64,000 nucleotides of DNA from an uncultured Alphaproteobacteria bacterium (GTDB lineage Bacteria > Pseudomonadota > Alphaproteobacteria > RF32 > CAG-239). The notes below the pieces were generated by a model. It did not search any database. It saw nothing but the letters and a program-made list of their open reading frames with translations, and was not told the DNA's origin. This document shows, one piece after another, positions 11,390-21,019 of this stretch; positions within the stretch are counted from its first letter, which is position 1, and each line of letters begins with the position of its first letter. The stretch covers positions 2,523-66,522 of the forward strand of contig CALXTD010000005.1 in the NCBI GenBank assembly GCA_944391315.1. The letters are read 5' to 3'. The translations under genes were made by a program, and so were the position numbers.

Positions 11390-12511
11390 CTATTTTGCGT
11401 TCAGATTCGTCAAAAGAAAGCTTTTGGCAAGGTCAATATCAATACGCCTGTCACCGCGAACCTCTTTCGGACAAACCGAAAACTCTTGCATCACATCATC
11501 AAGCTTTGCCGAGTCTTTAGCGCGATTCAAACAAACATCGGGCAAAATGCCGACACCGTTTATCTCCTTTCCCGAGGGCGAATAAACATAAGCATTGGTC
11601 AAAAGCATTTTGTTATCATCGGGCAAAGAAACAATATTTTGCACAGTGCCTTTACCATAGGTCTGCGTTCCCCAAACGGTAGCCAAAGCATTTTCCTGCA
11701 TGGCGGAGGCAAACACCTCGGCCGAAGAAGCCGTTGCCGCATCAACCAAAATCACCATCGGCACACCGGCAATCACACCGCTTTCATCTGACATAAAGAC
11801 GGCTTTATCGGACTGATTTTTCCCTTTTGTAACCGCAATCACACCATAATTCATAAATAACTTAGCCGTATCAATCGCCGCGGCTAAAGCCCCACCCTTG
11901 CAGTCGCGCAAATCAATAATAATTGCTTTAAGCAAAAACTGATTCTGCATAAGAGCATTTTTAACATTCTGCGGCGTAATTTTGGTAAATGCTTTAATTT
12001 TTATATAGAGGACATCACCATCCAACATTCTCGCGGCAAAATCGCGAGAAAAGCGCAATTTCTCATCATCGGGAAAAAGCGCGGACAAATATTTTGAATT
12101 TCCATCAAGGGAAGAAACCGCTTTTTTGAGCATAACATCAATAAGCTCAAAGTCTTTGCTTTTAATCACGGGAGAAGCCGCTTTGGCCGCATCAACTGAC
12201 TTCAATACCAAACGCACCCAAGCGTTGACATCATACTGTTTCTGTCCGAAAGGTTTTTGAATACTGCGAAAGACTTTTGAGTTATAATAAAGCGTTACGC
12301 GAGATTTATCATCTGCCACTATAAGATTAGGATCAATCTGGGTCAACCCCTGCAAGGCGGCAATCGAAAAAGAATCATATCCTGTCTGCCCCAAAAAAGA
12401 ATCATGCACTTCTTGCATAACCTCTGTCAGCAACGCGCGACTGTCCGCCCTCGCTTCAGCGGAAAAAAATAAAGAACCCAAACTCAAAACTAAGAAACAG
12501 AGCAGTCGCAT
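11390..12511 (-). CDS. S41-family C-terminal processing peptidase, secreted
   Basis: Signal peptide MRLLCFLVLSLGSLFFSAEA. IIDLRDCKGG and ASSAEVFA match the S41 Ser/Lys-dyad regions. Confidence 0.78.
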   Translation of the reverse strand: MRLLCFLVLSLGSLFFSAEARADSRALLTEVMQEVHDSFLGQTGYDSFSIAALQGLTQIDPNLIVADDKSRVTLYYNSKVFRSIQKPFGQKQYDVNAWVRLVLKSVDAAKAASPVIKSKDFELIDVMLKKAVSSLDGNSKYLSALFPDDEKLRFSRDFAARMLDGDVLYIKIKAFTKITPQNVKNALMQNQFLLKAIIIDLRDCKGGALAAAIDTAKLFMNYGVIAVTKGKNQSDKAVFMSDESGVIAGVPMVILVDAATASSAEVFASAMQENALATVWGTQTYGKGTVQNIVSLPDDNKMLLTNAYVYSPSGKEINGVGILPDVCLNRAKDSAKLDDVMQEFSVCPKEVRGDRRIDIDLAKSFLLTNLNAK

Positions 12512-12596
12512 ATTGCCTCAACAAACAGATATATCTTTATCTTATGTAGCGGATAAGCACCAAAGACGCAAGCACGGAAAGCAAACAATCCACCGC

Positions 12597-13388
12597 TCAT
12601 TTAAAAACGGCAACCAACGGCGCATGATCAGAAGGTTTGTCACCACTGCGGGTCTGTCGGTCAACATAACAAGCGTCCAGAGCATCAACCGCCTTGGCGG
12701 ACAGGAGCAAATAATCGATTCTCATCCCCTGATCCATTGCTAAAGCACTTCCGGCATAATCCCAATAAGTATAGCCGACCTCCGTCGGATGAAGGCAACG
12801 ATATGCATCATAATATCCAAGATATTCAATGGCTTTGAGCCGCTGTTTAACTTCTTCTCTAAACAAAGCATTATTGCGAAACATCTCAGGATTATAAACA
12901 TCAAAATCAGTCAAAATCACATTATAATCCCCACCCAGAATAACTTTTTTGCCGCTTTCTAACAACTGTGCTGCCCGTGCATAAAAAGCATTCATCCAGT
13001 TGAGCTTATACAAAAACTTCGATTCATCATCAGGATTATTATAAGGCGGATTACCATTCGGCAAATAAAGCGACGCCACTCGAACCTCATCGCCCTCAAC
13101 CATAACGTCCGCTTCAATATAGCGCGCGTTTTCATCATCAAACTTCGGCAATCCTTCAATCACGTTCAAAATCTTGTGCGGACTGAGTATCGCCACGCCG
13201 TTATAGCTTTTCTGGCCGATAAATTTGACATTATATCCGGCTGAGTTCAGCTCAAACAACGGAAAATCATTAAAACTACATTTAATTTCCTGCAACATAA
13301 GGATATCCGGCTTTTCTCGCGCTAAAAACGCAAGCAAGTTCGGCAACCGTGCATTGATAGAATTAACGTTATACGTAGCAACTTTCAT
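12597..13388 (-). CDS. xthA: exodeoxyribonuclease III
   Basis: MKVATYNVNSINARL...DILMLQEIK...SDHAPL are the EEP-nuclease / Xth motifs. Confidence 0.9.
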   Translation of the reverse strand: MKVATYNVNSINARLPNLLAFLAREKPDILMLQEIKCSFNDFPLFELNSAGYNVKFIGQKSYNGVAILSPHKILNVIEGLPKFDDENARYIEADVMVEGDEVRVASLYLPNGNPPYNNPDDESKFLYKLNWMNAFYARAAQLLESGKKVILGGDYNVILTDFDVYNPEMFRNNALFREEVKQRLKAIEYLGYYDAYRCLHPTEVGYTYWDYAGSALAMDQGMRIDYLLLSAKAVDALDACYVDRQTRSGDKPSDHAPLVAVFK

Positions 13389-13455
13389 ATCTTAACCTTT
13401 AATAAATGATAATTGAGTATAAAACAAATAAAGCAAAAGGAAAGGAAAAAAAGCG

Positions 13456-14613
13456 ATGAAGTTAGCAACTTATGCCACCAAGGCCGAAAACAGCAAAGGA
13501 AGAATGTATCCGGACTTCCCGATTGTCAACCGCTCTCCTTTTCAAAGAGATCGAGACCGACTAATTCACTCAGCTTCTTTCAGAAGACTTGACGGTAAGA
13601 CCCAAGTTTTTGCCTACCACGAAGGCCGAAACTATCGCACCCGCCTAACTCACAGCATTGAGGTATCGCAAATCACTCGCACCTTATGCAAAAGCCTTAA
13701 TTTAAATGAAGAATTAGGCGAAGCCATTGCTCTGGCTCATGATTTAGGACACTCTCCTTTTGGCCATGCCGGCGAAAGAGCACTGCAAAATGCCATGAAA
13801 AACTTCGGCGGATTTGATCATAATATCAATTCGCTTAAAATTATCACCAAGCTTGAAGAACGCTATCCCGAATTTCCGGGGCTGAATCTGACATGGGAAA
13901 CCATCGAAGCCACGGTCAAACACCACGGCCCGATGAAAAAAATAGAGTCTCAATACTTAAAAGACTTCAACAAAAAATTTGATTTGGATTTAAAGAATTA
14001 TCCATCATTGGAAGGACAGGTCGGAGCCATAGCTGACGACATCGCTTACAACAATCATGACATTGATGACGGTTTCCGCGCCGGATTTTTCACTCTGGAA
14101 CAATTAAGAGAGCTTCCGTTTATTGATAAAATCGTTACTACATTTAACAAAAAATATCCTAACGTTACCAACCCTGAAATAAAAATCTACGGCATCACCC
14201 GCAGCCTCATCGCTCAAATGATATTTGACGTTATGGACAATGCCAAAAACAACATAAAAACTTATAAAATAGAAACACCGGAAGATGCGCGCAAACAAAA
14301 GCTTTTTATCATTGATTTTTCAGATTCGATGAAGCAAAACATCAAAGAACTCAGAAGTTTTCTTAAAGAAAATTTCTACACCACCACGCCGATTGCCCGC
14401 ATGGACATGAAGTCTCAGCGCTTGGTCGAAGAACTATTCGGATTATTTATGGAAAACCCCAAACTTCTGCCCATGGATATCAGAAAAAAACTTTCAGCCA
14501 AGAGCAAAGATAAAGAACTGGCAGAAACCATCTGCGATTACATTGCCAACATGACCGACATCATGGCGATTGAAGAACACACGCGCCTTTTTGATCCAAA
14601 CACACGATTTTAA
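13456..14613 (+). CDS. dgt: dGTP triphosphohydrolase-like HD-domain protein
   Basis: RSPFQRDRDRLIHS, RTRLTHSIEVSQI and LAHDLGHSPFGHAGE are dGTPase family motifs. Confidence 0.88.
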   Translation: MKLATYATKAENSKGRMYPDFPIVNRSPFQRDRDRLIHSASFRRLDGKTQVFAYHEGRNYRTRLTHSIEVSQITRTLCKSLNLNEELGEAIALAHDLGHSPFGHAGERALQNAMKNFGGFDHNINSLKIITKLEERYPEFPGLNLTWETIEATVKHHGPMKKIESQYLKDFNKKFDLDLKNYPSLEGQVGAIADDIAYNNHDIDDGFRAGFFTLEQLRELPFIDKIVTTFNKKYPNVTNPEIKIYGITRSLIAQMIFDVMDNAKNNIKTYKIETPEDARKQKLFIIDFSDSMKQNIKELRSFLKENFYTTTPIARMDMKSQRLVEELFGLFMENPKLLPMDIRKKLSAKSKDKELAETICDYIANMTDIMAIEEHTRLFDPNTRF

Positions 14614-14690
14614 GCTGCGTTAAGGTATTATAAATGATTCGGAAATATACTGTAAAAAAATAAATTTAATTCTAAAGAGGAATAGCAACA

Positions 14691-15692
14691 ATGTTTCAAG
14701 AGTTTCCTGAAGATAACACAACAGATAATTATCTAAACGAACGCCGTCAAAAAATTGCGGAAGAAGGCTTCATGAGCTACGAAGAACAGCGCAATGACTT
14801 AAAACGCTCACGTAGTGTATTTATCGGAGCAGTTTCAGGCTTGGCTCTTGCGGCAGTTGTCGGATGGTTTGCCCTTTCACCACGCTATGCTGTTGAAAAC
14901 GCCACCCAGATTCCCACCATACGTCGTCCGCAAACAGCCGTAAAAGTAAAACCGGAAAACCCCGGCGGCATGGAAATTTTAAACCAAGACAAAACCGTCT
15001 ATGATATTATAGAAAAAGAACCGCAAAAAGCAGAGATTGAGAGTGTTCTTCCGCCTCCGGAACAACCGATTCTCCCAACCATAAATGCTGAAACGATTCA
15101 AGCTCAGGCCGAAGCCGCTGCAGAGCAAGTAAAAACAACGGCCGAACTTCCGCCTGTTGCAGAAAGCAAAAGCGTCGCAACAGCTGAAGTCAAAACCGTT
15201 GCAGAACCCAAAGCCGTTGTAAACGAAGTTGCTGAACAAAAATTACCAACCATTAAAGAAGCCTCAGTCGCCCAAAATGAGCCCAAAGAAATTAAGGCAC
15301 CGACAGCGCCCAAAGAAATAAAAGCAGCGGCACAACCGATTGCAGCCAAACCAACTGAAGCTGTTTCAAAATCAACCGCCAGCATCTTAGAAAATATTGC
15401 ACAAAACAAAACAGCAGAACCTGCTCCTCAGACAGCAGCAAAAGGCGGTGACTGGCAAGTACAGTTAATGTCTTCGCCGAATCCAAAAGCTGTTAACGGC
15501 GCATGGAGTGGATTAGTCAAAAAACATCCGCAACTTGCATCCGAACCTCATGAGGTTGAAACAGCTGACTTAGGTGCTAAAGGAACCTATTACCGTCTGA
15601 AAGCCGGTGCATTCTCAAGCCGTGACGGCGCAGATAAATTATGCAATTCAATCAAAGCTCAAGGCGGCAGCTGCATTGTAAAGAAAAAATAA
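14691..15692 (+). CDS. SPOR-domain membrane protein
   Basis: A single TM segment (FIGAVSGLALAAVVGWFAL), a Pro/Ala/Glu-rich linker, and a C-terminal SPOR-like GDWQVQLMSS...YYRLKAGAFSSRDGADKLCNSIKAQGGSCIVKK. Confidence 0.75.
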   Translation: MFQEFPEDNTTDNYLNERRQKIAEEGFMSYEEQRNDLKRSRSVFIGAVSGLALAAVVGWFALSPRYAVENATQIPTIRRPQTAVKVKPENPGGMEILNQDKTVYDIIEKEPQKAEIESVLPPPEQPILPTINAETIQAQAEAAAEQVKTTAELPPVAESKSVATAEVKTVAEPKAVVNEVAEQKLPTIKEASVAQNEPKEIKAPTAPKEIKAAAQPIAAKPTEAVSKSTASILENIAQNKTAEPAPQTAAKGGDWQVQLMSSPNPKAVNGAWSGLVKKHPQLASEPHEVETADLGAKGTYYRLKAGAFSSRDGADKLCNSIKAQGGSCIVKKK

Positions 15693-15693
15693 A

Positions 15694-16356
15694 ATGAACT
15701 TACTGATACAAACAGGCGTTACTTTCATTCCCGCACTTATTGCCATCATTGCGCATGAAGTTGCTCATGGCTGGATGGCCGATAAGCTCGGGGATGATAC
15801 CGCCAGACGAGCCGGAAGATTATCATTAAATCCGATAAATCACATAGATGCTGTCGGCATCATCATTCTCCCTGCTCTTCTGATAATGGCACATACCGGA
15901 TTAATTTTCGGTTGGGCACGTCCGGTTCCGATTGACTATCGCAATTTTTCAAAACCCAAAAGAGACATCATTTTGGTTGCCTCTGCCGGAATTATGATGA
16001 ATATATATTTGGCCGTTATCGGGGCTCTGATGAGTTATCTCTGCTCATTCATTCCATCTCCGAACATCCAGCTTTTCTGCGCAATATTTTTCATCAACTT
16101 TATGATATTTAACATCATTTTAGCAGTATTTAATGCTCTTCCGATTCCTCCGTTAGACGGCTCAAAAATTCTTTTTGGCTGGAACGACAAAGAATGGGCA
16201 CAAAAATATGTTAATGCAGAAAAAGAAGGCATGATAGCAATCATCGCACTGGCATTCGTTATTCCTCTTTTGCTGCAAAGCTTTGGTATAAATTTTGACT
16301 TATTCGGCTGGTACATCAGAAACATGACAAGAGCCATAAGCTCAATTTTGATGTAG
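15694..16356 (+). CDS. site-2 protease family (M50) membrane metalloprotease
   Basis: HEVAHG (HExxH) in TM1 and NALPIPPLDGSKI (NxxPxxxLDG). Confidence 0.8.
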   Translation: MNLLIQTGVTFIPALIAIIAHEVAHGWMADKLGDDTARRAGRLSLNPINHIDAVGIIILPALLIMAHTGLIFGWARPVPIDYRNFSKPKRDIILVASAGIMMNIYLAVIGALMSYLCSFIPSPNIQLFCAIFFINFMIFNIILAVFNALPIPPLDGSKILFGWNDKEWAQKYVNAEKEGMIAIIALAFVIPLLLQSFGINFDLFGWYIRNMTRAISSILM

Positions 16357-16364
16357 GGATAATC

Positions 16365-17438
16365 ATGACAAAAGAAATCGGAGCTGCTTTATTATCACTT
16401 TCCGGCTTTGAGCTAACATTGCAGGAAAAAGAGCTCATAAAGACAGCTAATCCGCTCGGATTTTGCTTTTTTGGCAGAAACATACAAAACAAAACCCAGC
16501 TCCGAGGTTTAACTCATGAAATTTCCGACCTTTTACAAAGAGATGACGTTATCTTTGCCATAGACCAAGAAGGTGGCCGCGTCAGACGCCTCCATGAGCC
16601 CGAATTCAACGCTTATGCTAGCCAACAAACTATCGGCCGACTTTATACGGAAACCTCACCCGAAACAGCAAAAAAAGCAGCTCAGCTTCATGCTGAATTG
16701 ATTAGCCAAGATCTAAAAGATTGCGGCATAAACATGAACTTAGCACCGGTTTTAGATATCGGACATAAAGAAACCACACCAGCCATTGCCAGTCGTTGCT
16801 TTTCATCTTCGGCAACAATTGTTTCCGAACTCGGAAAAATCATGGTAGACGAATACATCAAAAACGGCATAATCCCTTGTATCAAACACCTTCCAGGGCA
16901 TGGGCGTGCCGCCGTTGATCCACATTTGGCGCTTCCGGTTATATCACAACCTCTCGAAAAATTAGAAGAAGATTTCATCCCATTCAAAAAACTAAATGAT
17001 TGTCCTTGTGGGATGACAGCCCATGTTATCGTAAAAGAAATCGATTCTGAAAATCCAATAACCTTAAGTTCTGCCGGAATAAAAGAGTTGATTAGAAAGC
17101 ATATTGGATTTAACGGATTTCTGTTTTCAGATGCCATTGAAATGCACGCCTTAAGCGGCAGCTTAAGCAGCCGCGGGCAAAAAAGCTTAGCCTCAGGCTG
17201 TGACGCATATTGCTATAGCCGCGGAGACATAAATGAGCTCAAAGAACTTTGTGCCAAACTACTGCCATTAAGACAAGACAGCAAAGCACGATTTGATTCC
17301 ATGAAAAAAATCCTAAAAAACAAAACCTCAACCCCCAATAAAGATGCCCGTCACGACTATGAAAGCTTACTAAACAACATTACCCCTTATGAAGAAAGCT
17401 ACGATTCAACGCTAGTCTTGATGCAAATGAACAAATAA
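16365..17438 (+). CDS. nagZ: beta-N-acetylhexosaminidase (GH3), peptidoglycan recycling
   Basis: IDQEGGRVRRL and KHLPGHGRAAVDPH are GH3 NagZ signatures. Confidence 0.85.
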   Translation: MTKEIGAALLSLSGFELTLQEKELIKTANPLGFCFFGRNIQNKTQLRGLTHEISDLLQRDDVIFAIDQEGGRVRRLHEPEFNAYASQQTIGRLYTETSPETAKKAAQLHAELISQDLKDCGINMNLAPVLDIGHKETTPAIASRCFSSSATIVSELGKIMVDEYIKNGIIPCIKHLPGHGRAAVDPHLALPVISQPLEKLEEDFIPFKKLNDCPCGMTAHVIVKEIDSENPITLSSAGIKELIRKHIGFNGFLFSDAIEMHALSGSLSSRGQKSLASGCDAYCYSRGDINELKELCAKLLPLRQDSKARFDSMKKILKNKTSTPNKDARHDYESLLNNITPYEESYDSTLVLMQMNK

Positions 17439-17532
17439 TAAATTATTTCAATAATATATACCATTTTTTTATAGCATTTTATAAAAAAACGTGATAAGAT
17501 GATAAAAGAAAATCAGAAACACGGAGAGTGCT

Positions 17533-17991
17533 ATGAATATATCCGCTACCAGAAGAGTATCCGGTTCATCAAGCACCAGAAAGGCCTCAAGCTCCCGTGC
17601 AAGTAAGAGTACGGGCTCTTTCAATGCTAATGAACAGAATGTTGAAATGATAGACGTCTCAAACAAAGTGCAGGTTAATGCTGACACTTATAATGATGAG
17701 CGCGGTCAAAAAAATAAAGAAAAATCTCCTAAAGAAAAAACTGATAAAAACTTAATCAGTCAAAACACCTATGTCCCCGGTGCAGTTGAAGCCTTAACCG
17801 CAAACGGAGTTTATGACGGTTCAAGCGCAGCCGGCCGCAGCCAAAACCAAAAAGTCGGCGTTTATAATACCAATCAAAATATCTATGACCGAGAAGAAAA
17901 CGCCGAACTCGACCGCTATTATAACGAGAATTACGTTAAACACCTTTACGAAAAAAACGAACCCTTGGAAGAAATCGACGAGCTTGTATAA
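17533..17991 (+). CDS. hypothetical Ser/Asn-rich protein
   Basis: 152-aa ORF with ATG preceded by GGAGAG. Low-complexity N-terminus, no known motif. Confidence 0.5.
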   Translation: MNISATRRVSGSSSTRKASSSRASKSTGSFNANEQNVEMIDVSNKVQVNADTYNDERGQKNKEKSPKEKTDKNLISQNTYVPGAVEALTANGVYDGSSAAGRSQNQKVGVYNTNQNIYDREENAELDRYYNENYVKHLYEKNEPLEEIDELV

Positions 17992-17993
17992 AG

Positions 17994-18018
17994 AAAGCGC
18001 CCCCAAACGAGGCGCTTT
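17994..18018. terminator. hairpin between the convergent hypothetical gene and tRNA-His
   Basis: aaagcgcc-(9 nt)-ggcgcttt, an 8-bp stem. The flanking T-runs are short. Confidence 0.4.
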
Positions 18019-18022
18019 AATC

Positions 18023-18099
18023 TGGGGCGAACGATCGGGCTCGAACCGACGACAACCGGTACCACAAACCGGGGCTCTACCAACTGAGCTACGTTCGCC
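18023..18099 (-). tRNA. tRNA-His (anticodon GTG) with encoded G-1, C73 and CCA
   Basis: Hand-folded cloverleaf: G(-1) GCGAACG TA GCTC AGTTGGTA GAGC C CCGGT TTGTGGT ACCGG TTGTC GTCGG TTCGAGC CCGAT CGTTCGC C CCA. Confidence 0.9.
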
Positions 18100-18251
18100 A
18101 TTGACAACAGAACTTATTTACAAATAAAAGAAAAAAAAGTCAAGCATAAAAAATCACAAAACATCATTTTTTATTGTCCCGATATTAACACTTTATTTTA
18201 TATTTCAGAATTACAATAGCTCAAATCATAAAATTCAGGAAATAAAAATTT

Positions 18252-19553
18252 ATGATAAGCTCATGGAAGACACTTTATAAACAAGCAGGTCTCGCACTGG
18301 TTAGTGCGATGTTTTTTGTTGCCGGCGCCACTCCAGCCAAAGCCGACGTCTCATCTATTATGATAAACGCCGAAACCGGAGAAGTTTTATCGGCCCAGCG
18401 TGCAGACAAATTAAGATACCCTGCTTCATTAACAAAATTAATGACCTTATACATTGCCTTCGATGCGCTTGATAGAGGAATCATAAAAATGGATGACGAG
18501 CTTCCCGTCTCCAGAAAAGCGGCCAACCGCTCTCCTTCCCGTCTGGGCTTAAAACCGGGGAGTAAAATCACCGTAAGAAAAGTTATTGAAGCCTTGATTG
18601 TAAAATCAGCCAACGACTGCGCCACAGTTTTAGCAGAAGGCCTCGGATATTCAGAAGAAAACTTTGCTAAAACCATGACCCTTGTTGCCAAAGAACTCGG
18701 CATGAAAAATACAACATTTAAAAATGCCTCAGGTCTTCCCAACCGCCAACAAAAAACAACCGCTCGTGATATGGCCATGCTGGCAGCCGCCATGTATCAC
18801 CACTTTCCGCAATACTATGACCTTTTTTCTCTAAGAAAATTTTCTTATCAAGGCAAAACTTATTATACTCATAATCATATTTTGAAAAATTTTGAAGGCG
18901 CAGATGGCATGAAAACCGGTTTCACGAATGCTGCCGGCTATAACATTGTCACCTCAGCCCAAAGAGACGGACAAAGAGTAATCGCAGTCACCATGGGGCA
19001 CAACACCATCAAATCCAGAGATAAAAAAGTTGCTCAAATGATGGATCAAGGCCTGACCAAACTTGCTTTGAACAGCAAGATGAAAGACGCCAACCTCTAT
19101 GCTGAAATTCTAAAAGAAGAAAACAAGCCGAACGACATCGAAAAACAGCTTGCAGATAACAGCATTTCAACAACAGACAATACGGAAGAAGAAGAAAACG
19201 CCAATCCTCAAATTGAACAAGGCAGTGCCGATACGGAACAAACAATTGCCGCCATAGAAAAAGAACTGGAAGCCACACCAAGCTGGGACATCCAGATCGG
19301 CGCCTTCTCAAACTACGCTAAAGCGCGTCAATATGCACAAAAAATTCAAAACAAACAATTCAAAAATTGTAAAGATTGTGAGATAAAAGTTGAAGCCGCC
19401 GAAAGCGCTTCCGCCATTGTCTACAGAGCCAAAATCGTTGGATTCGAAAAAAATGATGCTGATAAAGCATGTAAGCGTTTGAAAAACGCGAGCATATCTT
19501 GTATAGTTGTTAAGAACGATTCGGAAACAACTGTAACTATGGCATCAAGGTAA
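18252..19553 (+). CDS. D-alanyl-D-alanine carboxypeptidase (PBP5/6, S11) fused to a C-terminal SPOR domain
   Basis: Signal peptide, then SLTKLMT (SxxK), KSANDCA (SxN) and KTGFT (KTG). C-terminal WDIQIGAFSNYAKARQYAQ...YRAKIVGF...ACKRLKNASISCIVVK is SPOR-like. Confidence 0.88.
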   Translation: MISSWKTLYKQAGLALVSAMFFVAGATPAKADVSSIMINAETGEVLSAQRADKLRYPASLTKLMTLYIAFDALDRGIIKMDDELPVSRKAANRSPSRLGLKPGSKITVRKVIEALIVKSANDCATVLAEGLGYSEENFAKTMTLVAKELGMKNTTFKNASGLPNRQQKTTARDMAMLAAAMYHHFPQYYDLFSLRKFSYQGKTYYTHNHILKNFEGADGMKTGFTNAAGYNIVTSAQRDGQRVIAVTMGHNTIKSRDKKVAQMMDQGLTKLALNSKMKDANLYAEILKEENKPNDIEKQLADNSISTTDNTEEEENANPQIEQGSADTEQTIAAIEKELEATPSWDIQIGAFSNYAKARQYAQKIQNKQFKNCKDCEIKVEAAESASAIVYRAKIVGFEKNDADKACKRLKNASISCIVVKNDSETTVTMASR

Positions 19554-20365
19554 TGACACTAAAAACCCCCACCCACAAAGGGCATGTAATCGTCGTCAGC
19601 AACGAAAAAGGCGGCACCGGAAAATCAACAATCTCCATGCATCTGGCAATCACCCTTCTGCAAGAAGGCTATAGTGTTGCTACTGTTGATTTAGATGGAC
19701 GCCAAGGTACACTAAGCAAATATATTGAAAACCGCAAAAAATATTGCCGAACCAAAAATATTGACCTGCCGACACCGGCCTCTTTCACTTATGCCCCGCA
19801 GGAAGATTTGAGCCTGCTTGAGGCCAGCAAAGAAAATATTAACAATCGCATAGAAGAATTAAGCCGCGAATACGATGCCGTTATTATAGACACCCCCGGC
19901 ACCAAAAATTATCTGTTTGAAGAAGCTCATAAGCATGCGGACACACTCATAACACCGATGAGCGACAGCCTAATCGATCTAAACGTAATGGCAGACATTG
20001 ATTTTGCCTCCTCTACCATTGGCAAACCCGGCCATTACGCAAACTTCATCTGGGAAGTTAAAAAGAAAATGGCAATCGAAAATCGTGGCTACCTGAACTG
20101 GATTGTTGTTGGCAATAAGACCTCAAATTATAATTCTAAAAACAAAAATCTTGTTTTTGAATACCTTGAAAAACTTGGAAAACTTTTCGGCTTCCGCTTC
20201 ACCCCCGGATTAAAAGATCGTATTATTTATAAAGAACTCTTTTTAATGGGGCTAACGGTTATGGACATGCAACACCCCCAACTTCAGATGAAAATGACCA
20301 TGTCGCATCTGGCCGCCAAAAGAGAAGTCAAATCCATCGCCGAATTTATCTGTCCGGAAGAATAA
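19553..20365 (+). CDS. mipZ: ParA-type ATPase MipZ (division-plane positioning)
   Basis: VIVVSNEKGGTGKSTISMHLA, IIDTPG, TPMSDSLIDLN, GFRFTPGLKDRIIYKELF and SHLAAKREV are collinear with Caulobacter MipZ as I remember it. Confidence 0.85.
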   Translation: MTLKTPTHKGHVIVVSNEKGGTGKSTISMHLAITLLQEGYSVATVDLDGRQGTLSKYIENRKKYCRTKNIDLPTPASFTYAPQEDLSLLEASKENINNRIEELSREYDAVIIDTPGTKNYLFEEAHKHADTLITPMSDSLIDLNVMADIDFASSTIGKPGHYANFIWEVKKKMAIENRGYLNWIVVGNKTSNYNSKNKNLVFEYLEKLGKLFGFRFTPGLKDRIIYKELFLMGLTVMDMQHPQLQMKMTMSHLAAKREVKSIAEFICPEE

Positions 20366-20386
20366 TATCATCATAAAGGAAAAAGA

Positions 20387-20923
20387 ATGAAAGAATTAAG
20401 CTTTTTAATGTTTATGGTCGGCTTGTTTTTTGGCCTGACCGTTTTATGCCGTCGTATAACCAATCCCAACCATCCGGACAGAGCAGCATTTTTCATTCCC
20501 TCACGCATGATTTTTAACTTGCTCTGGGGCAGCATTTTTTATATCGGCTACGGCATTCTGATGTTTCCGGATTTTTGGCTCCGCCTCTGCCTCAGCTTAT
20601 TGGTAGCCATTTTGCTCGTTTATATACTGATAATGAACAACTTAAAGAAAAAATTATTATCCCCTGACGCTAACATTTCGCAAAGAGCTAAAAAAATTTT
20701 TGACCGCGCTATCGAAAAACAAAAATTGCTCGATAAAAATACCAAAAATTATTCTCGGCGCAAAGCTGCAAAAATATTAGGACTTGCCGCTTATGATTTG
20801 GAAACACCGGAGCTAATTAACAAAAGATTGACCGCTCTTGAAAATGCCAAAAAACAAGGGCAAATCAGCAACGATTACCTGGACGAAATCATAAAGCACA
20901 TCAAGCAAGCGCTGCAAAATTAA
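20387..20923 (+). CDS. hypothetical membrane protein
   Basis: 178-aa ORF with three hydrophobic segments in the N-terminal half and a charged helical C-terminus. Confidence 0.55.
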   Translation: MKELSFLMFMVGLFFGLTVLCRRITNPNHPDRAAFFIPSRMIFNLLWGSIFYIGYGILMFPDFWLRLCLSLLVAILLVYILIMNNLKKKLLSPDANISQRAKKIFDRAIEKQKLLDKNTKNYSRRKAAKILGLAAYDLETPELINKRLTALENAKKQGQISNDYLDEIIKHIKQALQN

Positions 20924-21019
20924 GTAACAGTCAATAAAACAAACTTTTATCTTGTTTTTCGGCAGCAAACTGCTAACTTATAAAAAATAAATATCGAGAA
21001 AGATAAAAGGAGTCCCGAG

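Noticed and set aside
11363-11791. 142-aa plus-strand ORF
   Set aside because: It is antisense to the S41 peptidase gene and has an Arg/His-rich shadow composition.
17813-18127. 104-aa ORF (and 17821..18006 antisense) spanning the tRNA-His gene
   Set aside because: It overlaps a well-folding tRNA and the 3' end of the preceding ORF, so it is spurious.
20387-20923. Possible DjlA-like J-domain at the C-terminus (KAAKILGLAAYDLETPELINKRL)
   Set aside because: The HPD tripeptide is absent and the similarity is limited to a few residues.
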